A stretch of 63,240 nt of DNA, the filler included, from Octopus bimaculoides (Eukaryota): assembly GCF_001194135.2 (NCBI RefSeq). It is 8 parts of 7 records of this genome, joined end to end, with 100 filler letters (N's around TTAATTAATTAA, not from the genome) between each part and the next. Parts side by side here need not be neighbours in the genome. Positions count along the whole stretch, not along the records: positions 1 to 16,074 come from NC_068996.1; positions 16,175 to 27,208 come from NC_068986.1; 6 more parts are not named here. One strand, given 5' to 3'. Below are positions 14,072 through 25,785 of this stretch, in pieces. The notes under the pieces are model-generated. The model did not search any database. It was not told the origin of the DNA and saw only the letters and a list, made by a program, of their open reading frames with translations. Position 1 is the stretch's first letter; the number at the start of each line of letters is the position of its first letter. The translations under genes and the position numbers were made by a program.

Positions 14072-14229
14072 GTAAATCCCCCCACCAAAAAAAAAACAAC
14101 AAAAAAAAAACGAGGAACAAACTCAAGACAAAAAAAAACAACAACGCGTCTGCTAATACTTGCATGTAACACGTCCTCGCGTTGTTGTTTTTTACTTGTG
14201 TTTGTTCCTCGCTTTTTGGAGGGATTTAC
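14072..14229. repeat. Long imperfect inverted repeat (palindrome) at the Penelope-like 3' end
   Basis: Arm 14072-14148 GTAAATCCC...CGAGGAACAAACTCAAG...CAACAACGCG vs arm 14178-14229 CGCGTTGTTG...CTTGTGTTTGTTCCTCG...GGGATTTAC; 29-nt loop. Confidence 0.9.
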
Positions 14230-14294
14230 AATATATATGTATGTATGTATGTATGTACGTATGTATGTATGTATGTAAGTATGTATGTATATGT

Positions 14295-14947
14295 CCAGAG
14301 AACAAGGTGTAATCAGTCCACTGTTCTCCTCCTTTGTACTGCTGTCCCTTGTGGTCTTCCCATTCAAAACAAAACATCTCGAGGATTGAATCACCCCAGA
14401 GGGCACTCGTTAAATGAATTGAAGGCATAACTGATCTTCATTACTGGGATCACATTAAAGCCTTGAAATTGTACTCTCTCCAGCGCCAGTACAAGTGGTA
14501 CATCATTTGTACGATGTGGAGAATATACCGCCAGTATCGCCCAAATGACCTGAACATTAGTTTCAAGGTTTGTCTAAGGCTGGGACCACGGACCATACGT
14601 CCCCTGTCCAATTCAGGATCACAACATATAATCACTGCGACATAATTTCTTTCCCTCAACAGGCTCTGCACGTTTAACATTGTCCCAAAACGGATCAAAG
14701 AAGAAAAGGATCCCATCACCTTTAAACGGAGTCTGGACAGATTTCTTCAAAGAATACCAGATAAGCCACCCATACCCATGGATACAACTCACTCAACAAG
14801 AACTCGCTACTTGAATGGACCATAAACAAAACTTGACTTAAAAAGGATTAAGATAATCCTATCAGGTGGTGCTATTAAGTTAGACATGGCCTGGACCAAT
14901 CTTTGGTCGAAACATATGTAAGTTTATCTAAGTATATCTAAGTTTAT
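14295..14947 (+). mobile_element. CR1-like LINE 3' end (copy 1)
   Basis: CCPLWS..ISRIESPQRAL..LKLYSLQR..YIICTMWRIY; 3' UTR with terminal stem-loop and short TAAGT(T/A)TATC repeats; near-identical to 41270-41610. Confidence 0.9.
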
Positions 14948-15113
14948 NNNNNNNNNNNNNNNNNNNNNNNNNNNNNNNNNNNNNNNNNNNNNNNNNNNNN
15001 NNNNNNNNNNNNNNNNNNNNNNNNNNNNNNNNNNNNNNNNNNNNNNNNNNNNNNNNNNNNNNNNNNNNNNNNNNNNNNNNNNNNNNNNNNNNNNNNNNNN
15101 NNNNNNNNNNNNN

Positions 15114-15868
15114 NGTAAATATATTGTCGCCCAAATTATTCAGAAATGAAAATAACATTGACATCTCATTTTAACAGGTATATTTACAAAAATTACATAA
15201 AAATATCTTGAAATACTAAAGATTAAATTTAATCAATAAAGTCACCATTGGCCTCAATCATGGCCTCCAGATAAATTTGGAATCTCCTACAACTCCTCTG
15301 AACGGTTTCCTTGTTTACATTGGTGAATGCTGCCATAATCCTTACCTTCAGTTCATCTTTGGTGTTACAAGGAATTTTGTTGATCTCTTGCTCAACTGCA
15401 TCCCACACATAGTAATCAAGGGGGTTGCAGTCTGGAGAGTTAAGTGGCCAGATTTTAGGGGTTATGTGGTGGCAGAAATTGTCTGACAGCCATGTCTGGG
15501 TTCTCCTGTTTGTGTGGCATGGTGCAGATTTCTGTTGCCTGACATAGGGTCTTCCAGCAGCTACTCTCTTGACTCAGGGAAGCACTACCACCTCCAGGCA
15601 CTTGATGAAGGCCTCCGTGTTGAGTGTGAGGTCGTGTGGGAAGATGAATGGAAGCTTAACGTCGCCATCACCAGTGATCACTCCAAACACCATGATGTTG
15701 ACTGGATGTTTGATTTTTCTTCAGATTGACACCTAAACACTGAAATGTTCGTATTGGAGCTTTCGGTGCGAATGCCAAGTAGTACAGCATGTCATTTCCA
15801 AATTTCGGGCAGAGTGAATTGCGTCACGGTAAAGATTTCTCGCAGACTGTGCCCAACTAACCCTACTG
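15114..15868 (-). mobile_element. Internally deleted Tc1/mariner DD37D (maT-type) transposon
   Basis: Minus strand 15720-15229 reads KHPVNIMVFGVITGDG...QQKSAPCH...WPLNSPDCNPLDYYVWDAVE...EANGDFID*. There are 37 residues between the second catalytic position (K here) and the third D; one internal stop; possible CAGTAGGG terminus with TA at 15868-15870; the other end is in a gap. Confidence 0.9.
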
Positions 15869-17039
15869 TACTATGTAGTCGACAGAATCAAAAACAGACA
15901 ATGTATAAAGTGGCGATAATTTACCCATCGCACGCCGTATATATGTATATGTATATATATATATATACCGAATAAATAGCAATAGCATGCCAAATTTTAA
16001 CACCAATCACATTAACTATGTGCACCAAAGTAAAATTTATAATTGTGAAATATATACATACATATATATATATANNNNNNNNNNNNNNNNNNNNNNNNNN
16101 NNNNNNNNNNNNNNNNNNTTAATTAATTAANNNNNNNNNNNNNNNNNNNNNNNNNNNNNNNNNNNNNNNNNNNNTATACATACATGCAGCAGCGTATATA
16201 CGAATGTTTTGCACACAAATGAAATACATACATATTTCATACGAGACACAAAGATACACACACATATACAAACATACATACACGGCTATATGTTCTATGT
16301 GTGAGCGTGTGTTTGTGTGTGTATGTGTGTATCTGTATACATATGACGCTGACTCATAACCACAGCTTTCCTGATTTCACGGACCGCCACCCCACCCCTG
16401 TAACCACACCTTCCTCCGCCGTAACAAATTTCCTTCCACCATTTCATCCGAAAGAAAAGAAAAGCAATAAAACCCACAAAGACATATATATCTAAAAGTA
16501 ACAAAAAAAAATAAAAAATAAATAACCTCGGTAGAAACACTAAAAAAAAAAAAAGAAATACATAAATATAAATATATCGGTAAAGAAGAATGAAAAAAAA
16601 AAATGGCGAGAAAAGAGAACGAAAGTAAGCGGAGAGAGTGTACAAGATGGTAAACTAAGAAATTTGGCAAAATGAAGCATTGCAGAAACGTGGATAGATC
16701 GATAAGAATGTAGGCGAATGGGGTTTGGTTGAAAAAGAATAATATGATAACGACTAAAGCGACCTGATATGTTCCTTGGCGAAGACTTAGAAAGTTGAAA
16801 AGTCCAACGATATGGCGGCATTCTCTCCTGGTATTTTATGAAAACTTTCTACAGATATTTTCTATTTTCTTTTCATATTAGCTCCAGATTGTACTGTCTT
16901 CAGTTGGTGTCATCGGATTGGAATCGTGGGATTTGATGGGTGGGGCTGGGGTGTTATTTTTCTTTCTCCTTGTCTGGTTTTGATGTAACTCATTCTTTTC
17001 TTCGACGTCACTTTTTTTGGTTCTTTTCTTTTTTATATT

Positions 17040-17250
17040 TCTTTCGTCTTCTTCCTCGGCTTCTTCGTTTTCTTCTTCGTCGTCGTTTTCTTTTTCTTCT
17101 TCTTCTTTTCCTTTTTCTTTTCCTTCGTCGTCGTCTTCTTCTTCTTCTTCTTCTTCTTCTTCTTCTTCTTCTTCTTCTTCTTCTTCTTCTTCTTCTTCTT
17201 CTTCTTCTTCTTCTTCTTCTTCTTCTTCTTCTTTTTCTTCTTCTTCTTCT
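17040..17250. repeat. (TTC)n microsatellite
   Basis: Direct reading; source of the poly-E/S/L ORFs. Confidence 0.95.
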
Positions 17251-17289
17251 ATTGTTACTATCACTGTTATTAATGCAGCTATTTGTACT

Positions 17290-17445
17290 TCTCTAGCTCT
17301 AGGTCGGCTATGATCAACGAGATCTAATCCTAAGCCATCCAGCTGATTAGTCCATGTTTTTGTTCTTAAATAAAAACAAAGTTTAAGATGAGATTGATTT
17401 GGCTGGTATTTCTAGCAGTTTGAATGAACACCTTAGAGATCTCCT
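17290..17445 (+). mobile_element. Repeat family F fragment (probable SINE 3' part)
   Basis: Shares GATTTGGCTG.TATTT.TAGCAG and related TAGGTCGGC/TCAGCCCTG-type motifs with 25590-25785, 24225-24370 and 36150-36322. Confidence 0.55.
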
Positions 17446-17699
17446 TGGACAACAGTTTAGCCCCAAATTAACTCTCTATCAAAGGCGTGGAAGTCTTGGC
17501 CAGCTATTAATGTTATTACAGTTGTTGGTGCTTTTGTTCTTGTTGCCGTTGTCCTTGCAGTTTTTGTGGTTATTGTTGTTGTCAGATCTGACCAAACAGT
17601 CCTATAGTTAACAAATAGTAATTAGAAAGATTAGATGCCCCCTGTCACCATCGCTACCGTAATTACAAATCAATCTTTTCATTTATATCAAGTCTACTT

Positions 17700-18058
17700 C
17701 TCTGAACGCTGTACTTCCGCAGAAATAGTGGGGAAGCATTATAAACATGTGCTGAGATGAATTCTTTGGAGTTTGAATAATTCACCTTTGGAAATATAGG
17801 TGTTTTATGCAACATCCTTAAACGCCCCTTATTCAGGAATCTTTTGAGCAGTATGGGCTACTGAAGAAAATTCTAACTGGGCCCCACCTGCGAGGTCATG
17901 CGCTGTTTATCTTGATATGAGATCACCATGTCACGCACATATGGTTGTAATGCATGTGCCTGGTGTACCCTTATCAGACGGGTAGTCATGATGTTTATAC
18001 TGGGCTTCGTATATTTTACTCCGGTGTCACTTCGATGGCATGCACTGCTCTCTCACTC
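17700..18058 (+). mobile_element. Element X, 3' half, followed by (AAT)n 18059-18124
   Basis: 17877-18058 is near-identical to 39622-39803; both end ..CTCTCACTC(AAT)n. Confidence 0.85.
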
Positions 18059-18068
18059 AATAATAATG

Positions 18069-18124
<56 letters not shown>

Positions 18125-18125
18125 C

Positions 18126-18282
18126 CTTCCTACTAAAGGCACGAGTCCATGAAATTTTGGGGGAAATTTGGACTAGTTGTTTACATCGACCCCAGTGTTG
18201 CACTGGTACATAATTTATCGATCCCGAAAGGATGAAAGGTAAAGTGGACCTCGGGGAATTTGAACTCAGAATGTAGCGACGG
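18126..18282 (-). mobile_element. SINE family A, 5'-truncated
   Basis: CATCGACCCCAGTG..CTGGTAC..TTTATCGATCCCGAAAGGATGAAAGG..GAATTTGAACTCAGAA. Confidence 0.9.
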
Positions 18283-18285
18283 GTG

Positions 18286-18474
18286 ACATAGCCACCAAGG
18301 GTAAATGCTCAGCTGGTTAAGGTCAAACAACTGACAAGCAAATCTGTGGTATTGAGCAGAATATTTGCTGTAGCCCATCTTTTATACCAAGACAAAACAA
18401 TGTTACATGATAACACTTCCGATCAGTTAAGATCAGAAGCCATGGGAGCCACTGCCTGGTACTGCATCAGGGCA
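18286..18474 (-). mobile_element. Element X, 5' half (inverted relative to 17700-18058), flanked by (ATT)n 18475-18521
   Basis: Reverse complement begins TGCCCTGATGCAGTACCAGGCAGTGGCTC, matching the start at 39126. Confidence 0.85.
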
Positions 18475-18487
18475 TTTATTATTATTA

Positions 18488-18522
<35 letters not shown>

Positions 18523-19330
18523 TCTTTCAATTTTGTTTCCATTTCTTGTCGAGTGTCTCCCCGATACCTAAGGCAATGAAATTCATTGTNNNNNNNNNNN
18601 NNNNNNNNNNNNNNNNNNNNNNNNNNNNNNNNNNNNNNNNNNNNNNNNNNNNNNNNNNNNNNNNNNNNNNNNNNNNNNNNNNNNNNNNNNNNNNNNNNNN
18701 NNNNNNNNNNNNNNNNNNNNNNNNNNNNNNNNNNNNNNNNNNNNNNNNNNNNNNNNNNNNNNNNNNNNNNNNNNNNNNNNNNNNNNNNNNNNNNNNNNNN
18801 NNNNNNNNNNNNNNNNNNNNNNNNNNNNNNNNNNNNNNNNNNNNNNNNNNNNNNNNNNNNNNNNNNNNNNNNNNNNNNNNNNNNNNNNNNNNNNNNNNNN
18901 NNNNNNNNNNNNNNNNNNNNNNNNNNNNNNNNNNNNNNNNNNNNNNNNNNNNNNNNNNNNNNNNNNNNNNNNNNNNNNNNNNNNNNNNNNNNNNNNNNNN
19001 NNNNNNNNNNNNNNNNNNNNNNNNNNNNNNNNNNNNNNNNNNNNNNNNNNNNNNNNNNNNNNNNNNNNNNNNNNNNNNNNNNNNNNNNNNNNNNNNNNNN
19101 NNNNNNNNNNNNNNNNNNNNNNNNNNNNNNNNNNNNNNNNNNNNNNNNNNNNNNNNNNNNNNNNNNNNNNNNNNNNNNNNNNNNNNNNNNNNNNNNNNNN
19201 NNNNNNNNNNNNNNNNNNNNNNNNNNNNNNNNNNNNNNNNNNNNNNNNNNNNNNNNNNNNNNNNNNNNNNNNNNNNNNNNNNNNNNNNNNNNNNNNNNNN
19301 NNNNNNNNNNNNNNNNNNNNNNNNNNNNNN

Positions 19331-19715
19331 NATATATATATATAAATAAATAAATAAATAAATAAATGTTGCGTGCGTATGTATATATGTACATACGTGT
19401 AAATGTGTGCATATGTATATGCGCGCATATGAATGTGTGTGAATATATATATATACGCATGCGCACAGAAGTGTGGTTACACACACACACAAACTCTCTC
19501 TTTCTCTCTCTAGATATATATATATATATGTTCTACGTACAATTGTGTGCGTGTACATATGCACATACGCACGAATGTACCTCTGTGTGTATGCATATAT
19601 ATATATATGTGTATGTGTGGGTGTGTGTATGTATGCGTGCATCTATGAGTGCGCATGTGTAAATGTGCGTGTATAGGTGTGTGCGTGGGTGTTTGCATGT
19701 GTGTATATATATACA

Positions 19716-19750
<35 letters not shown>

Positions 19751-20724
19751 ATTTATGTGCATATCCTCTTACATACACACACGTACACACACGCATATAA
19801 ATGATAATATCGATTTAACGTTGTAGTTAGTTGACGGAACGTATCACCACGCTGCTGCCACCACCACAACCATCACCACCACCACAACCATCACCACCAC
19901 CACAACCATCACCACCACCTTTTCTACCACCTCTACCCTCCTCTTCTCCGACCTACATAACAAAATTCCTAATGTCACCGGTTGAAAAACGTACCAAATT
20001 CTATGGAAACATCTTGAAATCTTAATTTATTATTTAGGCAATTTATGCTTCAATGTTTCGTCAAATTTACCATTCAACGATGGATTAAAACGACACTACT
20101 TCAGCTATCAATTAATTATATTTACTGTTTTATTTTGATTCTTTACGGTAACTAGGTGGATATTTTTATTGTCTATTCTTCCTCTCCGGAGTGAATAAAA
20201 CTTACAAAACAAAGATTTAAATGTCACCCCTTCATACCTGTCTTCCACAACAGCTTCTGGTTGACCAATATCTTTTCTATGGAATTTGGTCGACGGAAAC
20301 TTTGCCAAAGCTCGGTGCTCGCGCGCATTGTATGTATGTATGTATGTATGTATGTATGTATGTATGTATGCATGTACCCATGTTTGTATGCATGTGTGTG
20401 TATGTATGTATGTATGTATGTATGTATGTATGCATGTGTACGTATATCTATGTATGATTGTACGTGTGTGTATATATGCGCACGTATGTACGTATGCAAG
20501 CACTTATATATGCACCTATGTATGTATGTATATATGTACGAGCGTGCATGTATGTATACACCTGTGTATGTATATGTGTATGTATGTATACACCTGTGTA
20601 TGTATATGTGTATGTATGTATGTAAGCATGGTGCCCCAGCATTGCTGCAGTCGAGTGAGGGAAAGAAAAATATGTATGTATGTATGTATGTATATATAGT
20701 GCCCAGGGTAACCGCATTCTATAA

Positions 20725-20758
<34 letters not shown>

Positions 20759-21076
20759 GCACACACATATGCGTGTATGTGTGTAAGGATATGCGTTTCT
20801 CTGTCGTCTCTACATTTCTGTTTACTCCGATAAAAAAAAAACGGTGTTCTATACATTGTGTCCCTTTATGTCCTGTGACATACAGGTTCCAGAAAGAGTG
20901 TATTAAATATAAGTACCGGACTGAATTACTTACTGGGGTCCATATGAACAACTATAAAACAATGAAGGCGGTGCCCCAGCGTGGCCGCCACAGTCCCGTT
21001 TGATCCAAGACCAGCACACACTTAATTACATACTTACATTCAGGCATATGTACACATTCAAGCAGTCGCGTGTATG

Positions 21077-21119
<43 letters not shown>

Positions 21120-21469
21120 CATTCTTCTTGAATATGCTCTAAAGTACACTCAGCCATGTATGTACGAACCCACGTGCACGTCCACACATATATGATCTTA
21201 AAGAAAAGATCGAGAAATAAATAGATAAATTATTGAAGAAAACGAAGAAGTTAGGAAAGGAAGAGGGGAAGGGGGAGAAATGATAATTCAATCATACAAA
21301 TAAATAAGGGAGAGAATAAATCTTTCTGGAATACGAAAGAATAAAATACAAGCACGCATGCGTACATATGTGCATATGCGCACGCGCGTGTGTGTGCGTA
21401 TGTGTGCGCGTGCATAAAGAAGCACTAACTCAATAAAATATATTATAAGTGCAAAATAAAAATGTCAAA

Positions 21470-21500
<31 letters not shown>

Positions 21501-21790
21501 AACATACACACATACATATACACGCACATATACACATGTGCGCACAAATATATATGCACAGATGAATGCACATATACTCACATACATAAATATACATATA
21601 TGCACGGACACATACACGTGAACTCACGCACATATACACACATACAAACACGCTCATATACACATTCATAAACGTACGCACATATGCACATAGAGAGACG
21701 GAGGCGAATATGCATATACACGCACATGCATTTATACATACACGCACATATACACGCACGCACATGTACACATACACACATTCACACATG
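19331..21790. repeat. Mosaic (TA)/(TG)/(TATG)/(CA) microsatellite-rich tract with an 18-bp trimer (19857-19918) and a SINE core/tail fragment (20905-21000)
   Basis: Direct reading; CCACCACCACAACCATCA x3; AAGTACC..ACTGGGGTC..GGCGGTGCCCCAGC.TGGCCGC. Confidence 0.85.
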
Positions 21791-22666
21791 TGCAGTAAAT
21801 TCGTTGCGTTGCAAATATAAAGATGACATATAAACAAAGAAAGAAATAATTGACGGCAATAAAAATAATAAAAGAAAATAAATGCAATTTTAATAAAAAT
21901 TCCTCATCGAAATTCTGTTAAATTCTTCAACTTGTTCGTGTCAAGAATCCTCTTATATTTTCATTTTGTAACGCATTATCATAAAACACTCTGGAGAAAG
22001 CGGCATAGAATTGTATAAATATTTTTTTATCTCCTTTAATAGTTTTTTTTTTTTTCCTGTTAAATTTTTTGTTATATTAAAAATTAAGAAAGGAAGGGGA
22101 TAAAATAGAAGACAGTATTGTTAGTGCCCCGCAAATATCTAAAAATATATCTCATATTTTCAATACGAATGCCTAAATATGTCTGCGTAGGTTTATGTAT
22201 GTGTACGTAGTTATGTATTACCGTTTTTTAATTATTAGAATTTTCCTTACTGAAGGGTTTCTATCAGAGAAACAAAGCATCATCGTTGGATCTTAAATAA
22301 CAAAAAAGGTTAAGTGTTGCATGTTGAACTTTAAGACAGTCTTGCATATTTTTACTGCTCCACTTACATATGGTATATGCCATGCAAAGTGTATGTTTCT
22401 GGCCAGTTTCTTTTTCTGAAAAGTTCATGTCTCCGTTGTCGTGTTAAATATTTGCTAACGTAAACAAGTGCACCAAAGAATTATGACAATAATTTTCATG
22501 CTATATCCAGATTATGTGTGCATGTGTGCTTGTATGTGTATTTTTTTCTTATTCTTACACCACCTTCACTTCTTGGACTGTGGAGGCTGTGCTAGAACAC
22601 CAGCCTCGAGGGCCTTTATTTCAATTACTAAATCGTACATAGTTGCCAAACTGTTAAGTTAGGATA

Positions 22667-23056
22667 TTGTTGTTGTTGGCACTCCGTCGCTTACGACATC
22701 GAGGGTTCCAGTTGATCCCGATCAACGGAATAGCCTGCTCGTGAAATTAACGTGCAAGTGGCTGAGCACTCCACAGACACGTGTACCCTTAACGTAGTTC
22801 TCGGCGATATTCAGCGTGACACAGTGTGACAAGGCTGACCCTTTGAATTACAGGCACAACAGAAACAGGAAGTAAGAATGAGAGAAAGTTGTGGTGGAAG
22901 AGTACAGCAGGGTTCTCCACCATCCCCTGCAGGAGCCTCGTGTGGCTTTCGGTGTTTTCGCTCAATAAACACTCACAACGCCCGGTCTGGGAATCGAAAC
23001 CGCGATCCTATGACCGCGTGTCCGCTGCCCTAACCACTGGGCCATTGCGCCTCCAC
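22667..23056 (-). mobile_element. SINE family C, full length, tRNA-like head, (CAA)n tail
   Basis: Minus strand GTGGAGGCGCAATGGCCCAGTGGTTAGGGCAGCGGAC..GGTTTCGATTCCCAGACCGGG (Pol III A/B boxes); matches 50845 and 52357. Confidence 0.95.
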
Positions 23057-23164
23057 AAACTCTAAAGAAATGTATCTAAAAAGCTGTGAGACGTTTTATA
23101 TGATTCGCTATAAATTCTGCAAATACATCGCCCTTAATATCTTTAATATTGCCCTCACATTTTT

Positions 23165-23282
23165 TTTCGTTCTGAGTTCAAAACGCCGCCAAAGTCGGTT
23201 TTGCCTTTCATTTCTTCGGAGTCGATAAAAGAAGTACTAGTTGAGTACTTGGGTCGATGTAATCGACTTGGCTCCTCCCCCA
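23165..23282 (+). mobile_element. SINE family A, partial, runs into a gap
   Basis: GTTCTGAGTTCAAA..GCCTTTCAT..GTCGATAAAA..GGGTCGATGTAATCGACTT. Confidence 0.9.
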
Positions 23283-24224
23283 NNNNNNNNNNNNNNNNNN
23301 NNNNNNNNNNNNNNNNNNNNNNNNNNNNNNNNNNNNNNNNNNNNNNNNNNNNNNNNNNNNNNNNNNNNNNNNNNNNNNNNNNNNNNNNNNNNNNNNNNNN
23401 NNNNNNNNNNNNNNNNNNNNNNNNNNNNNNNNNNNNNNNNNNNNNNNNNNNNNNNNNNNNNNNNNNNNNNNNNNNNNNNNNNNNNNNNNNNNNNNNNNNN
23501 NNNNNNNNNNNNNNNNNNNNNNNNNNNNNNNNNNNNNNNNNNNNNNNNNNNNNNNNNNNNNNNNNNNNNNNNNNNNNNNNNNNNNNNNNNNNNNNNNNNN
23601 NNNNNNNNNNNNNNNNNNNNNNNNNNNNNNNNNNNNNNNNNNNNNNNNNNNNNNNNNNNNNNNNNNNNNNNNNNNNNNNNNNNNNNNNNNNNNNNNNNNN
23701 NNNNNNNNNNNNNNNNNNNNNNNNNNNNNNNNNNNNNNNNNNNNNNNNNNNNNNNNNNNNNNNNNNNNNNNNNNNNNNNNNNNNNNNNNNNNNNNNNNNN
23801 NNNNNNNNNNNNNNNNNNNNNNNNNNNNNNNNNNNNNNNNNNNNNNNNNNNNNNNNNNNNNNNNNNNNNNNNNNNNNNNNNNNNNNNNNNNNNNNNNNNN
23901 NNNNNNNNNNNNNNNNNNNNNNNNNNNNNNNNNNNNNNNNNNNNNNNNNNNNNNNNNNNNNNNNNNNNNNNNNNNNNNNNNNNNNNNNNNNNNNNNNNNN
24001 NNNNNNNNNNNNAACGTGGTGGGCGGTTTGATTCTTCGCACTGTAACAAGTTTGTCACCGTGACGCTTATCTTTCAATAAACAAAACTACCCAACACTAA
24101 ATAATTACTGATGCGTGAAATCCCTCCCCATTATTAGCAACAAGGGAATGTTTAGTCAACAGGATAAGGTCGGACGTTGGGGAGGGGTTCCTTATAGAAT
24201 CAAGATGCGAGCCTTTACATAGTT

Positions 24225-24370
24225 ATTTGGTGCTAGACGTAGCACCCACGTCTTCCTCAAATCTCACTGCAACGACTTTAAATTAAAAAAAAAAAAATAA
24301 TGACTAAAGATGGCTGGAGGTGACAAAAGATATGTTAGAACAGGGCTGATCACTGGCCAAACTAAAGAAA
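24225..24370 (-). mobile_element. Repeat family F fragment
   Basis: CCTCAAATCTCAC..AAGATGG..CAGGGCTGA.C; similar to 36150-36322. Confidence 0.5.
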
Positions 24371-25208
24371 CGTGATTCATTGGTCTGCAATGCACATTTC
24401 AATTGTTTCTGCTTAAAAGAAAGAAAAGAAAAATGTTACATTCTGTAGGGGAAGTCCAGAGCTCAGAGTGTTGGGAAAAAAATTATCTCTCCAGCTTCTC
24501 AGGGCTTCCGAACAAGTGGAGATAAACAAACATGAAACACTTTATTTTTTCCTTTCGGAAAATGAAAGTAATACATGTAGTTATGGATAAAGATAAGGAA
24601 CGCCAGTGAAAATAACGTCGTCTGATCGTCATCGACGGGGAACAAAGTAAATAAACACGTGTGGTCTGTTTTATTAGGGCATAACAGCTGTATGCCAGTG
24701 CCTCTGGGTGCCTACTCAAGACGGCAATTAGCCAGACTATGTACGATGTACTGTTGTTATGAAGTTTGTATGTAAATGGAAGGAGACGGAGGCACGGAAA
24801 CTCTTAGATAAACATACAAAGAGTGTGTATATAGGATTTACTTTGAAGCAGAATGGCAACAGTTTGTTGATAGAGAATTCTACTACTTAGAACATTGTTG
24901 GTACGAAGGATATAGGACAGTGCGGAAGGAATTACAAGCCTACTAATCAATAAAGGAATTAAGCTCTTGAATACACGGTCTATGGAGTGAAGAATACCGT
25001 TTCCTCTGTTTGGCCATTACCATCTTCGTCACCACAATTCTTCTCTTAACCTCTTCAAATGCAAAAGACTAAAACAAAAACGGGTGATTCTCTTGTCAGG
25101 CTCATGTGTGCTCAACTTAATATTGTTGCTGGTGTTGTTACTGTTATTTAGCTCTAGGTGAATTCAGCTGAGGCAGCTATATACAATCACAAGTATTCTG
25201 GCTGTGAC

Positions 25209-25319
25209 AATCCTCCTCCTCCTGCTCCTCCTGCTCCTCCTGCTCCTCCTCCTCCTCATTCTTCTTCTTCTTCTTCTTCTTCTTCTTCTTCTTCTTCTTC
25301 TTCTTCTTCTTCTTCTTCT

Positions 25320-25366
<47 letters not shown>

Positions 25367-25425
25367 TTCTTCTTCTTCTTCTTCTTCTTCTTCTTCTTCT
25401 TCTTCTTCTTCTTCTTCTTCTTCTA
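25209..25425. repeat. (CCT)/(CTT)n trinucleotide microsatellite
   Basis: Direct reading. Confidence 0.95.
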
Positions 25426-25589
25426 ACTTCTATATTCTTTTTCTTCTTCTAGTGTATATAGAACTACATATCCAGTAGGGTTCTCTTGTTTGAAGACAGT
25501 AAAGCCGGTATGACGTGATAAGAACCTTGTTATTTCTTGCAACTTGAGCGACCACTTGGAAGCCCCCACCAGATATTGTTATTACCGTT

Positions 25590-25785
25590 GTTGGTTAGAT
25601 AAACATCAGCCCTGGTCTGGAAGATTTATAACCAGCGCTGTTCTCTCTATGACCATAACCACTATCCATTGTCACCTTTATTTATTTTTCTTTTCTGTAA
25701 AGAGGAAAGGGTTTGATTTGAGAGATTTGGCTGCTATTTTTAGCAGGTTAAGCCGCTATGTAAAGCAGAGGAGAGCAGCATCTTT
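25590..25785 (+). mobile_element. Repeat family F fragment
   Basis: TCAGCCCTG..GAGAGATTTGGCTGCTATTTTTAGCAGG. Confidence 0.55.

Noticed and set aside
16119-16130. Recurrent TTAATTAATTAA motif (7 sites)
   Set aside because: Always centred in exactly 100-nt N gaps: an artificial six-frame-stop scaffold linker, not biology
16878-17313. Poly-Glu/Ser/Leu ORFs, including the 128-aa acidic ORF ending TRRKKNNTPAPP..WS
   Set aside because: Translation of a (TTC)n microsatellite; no pyrimidine-rich acceptor on the minus strand and no recognisable domain
18423-19642. Long ORFs spanning N runs (also 23.2-24.1, 39.2-39.7, 48.4-49.2, 51.4-52.1 and 57.9-58.8 kb)
   Set aside because: Open only because N codons do not stop
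19473-21837. Many HT/YI/VC/MYVC-repeat ORFs
   Set aside because: Dinucleotide and tetranucleotide microsatellite translations
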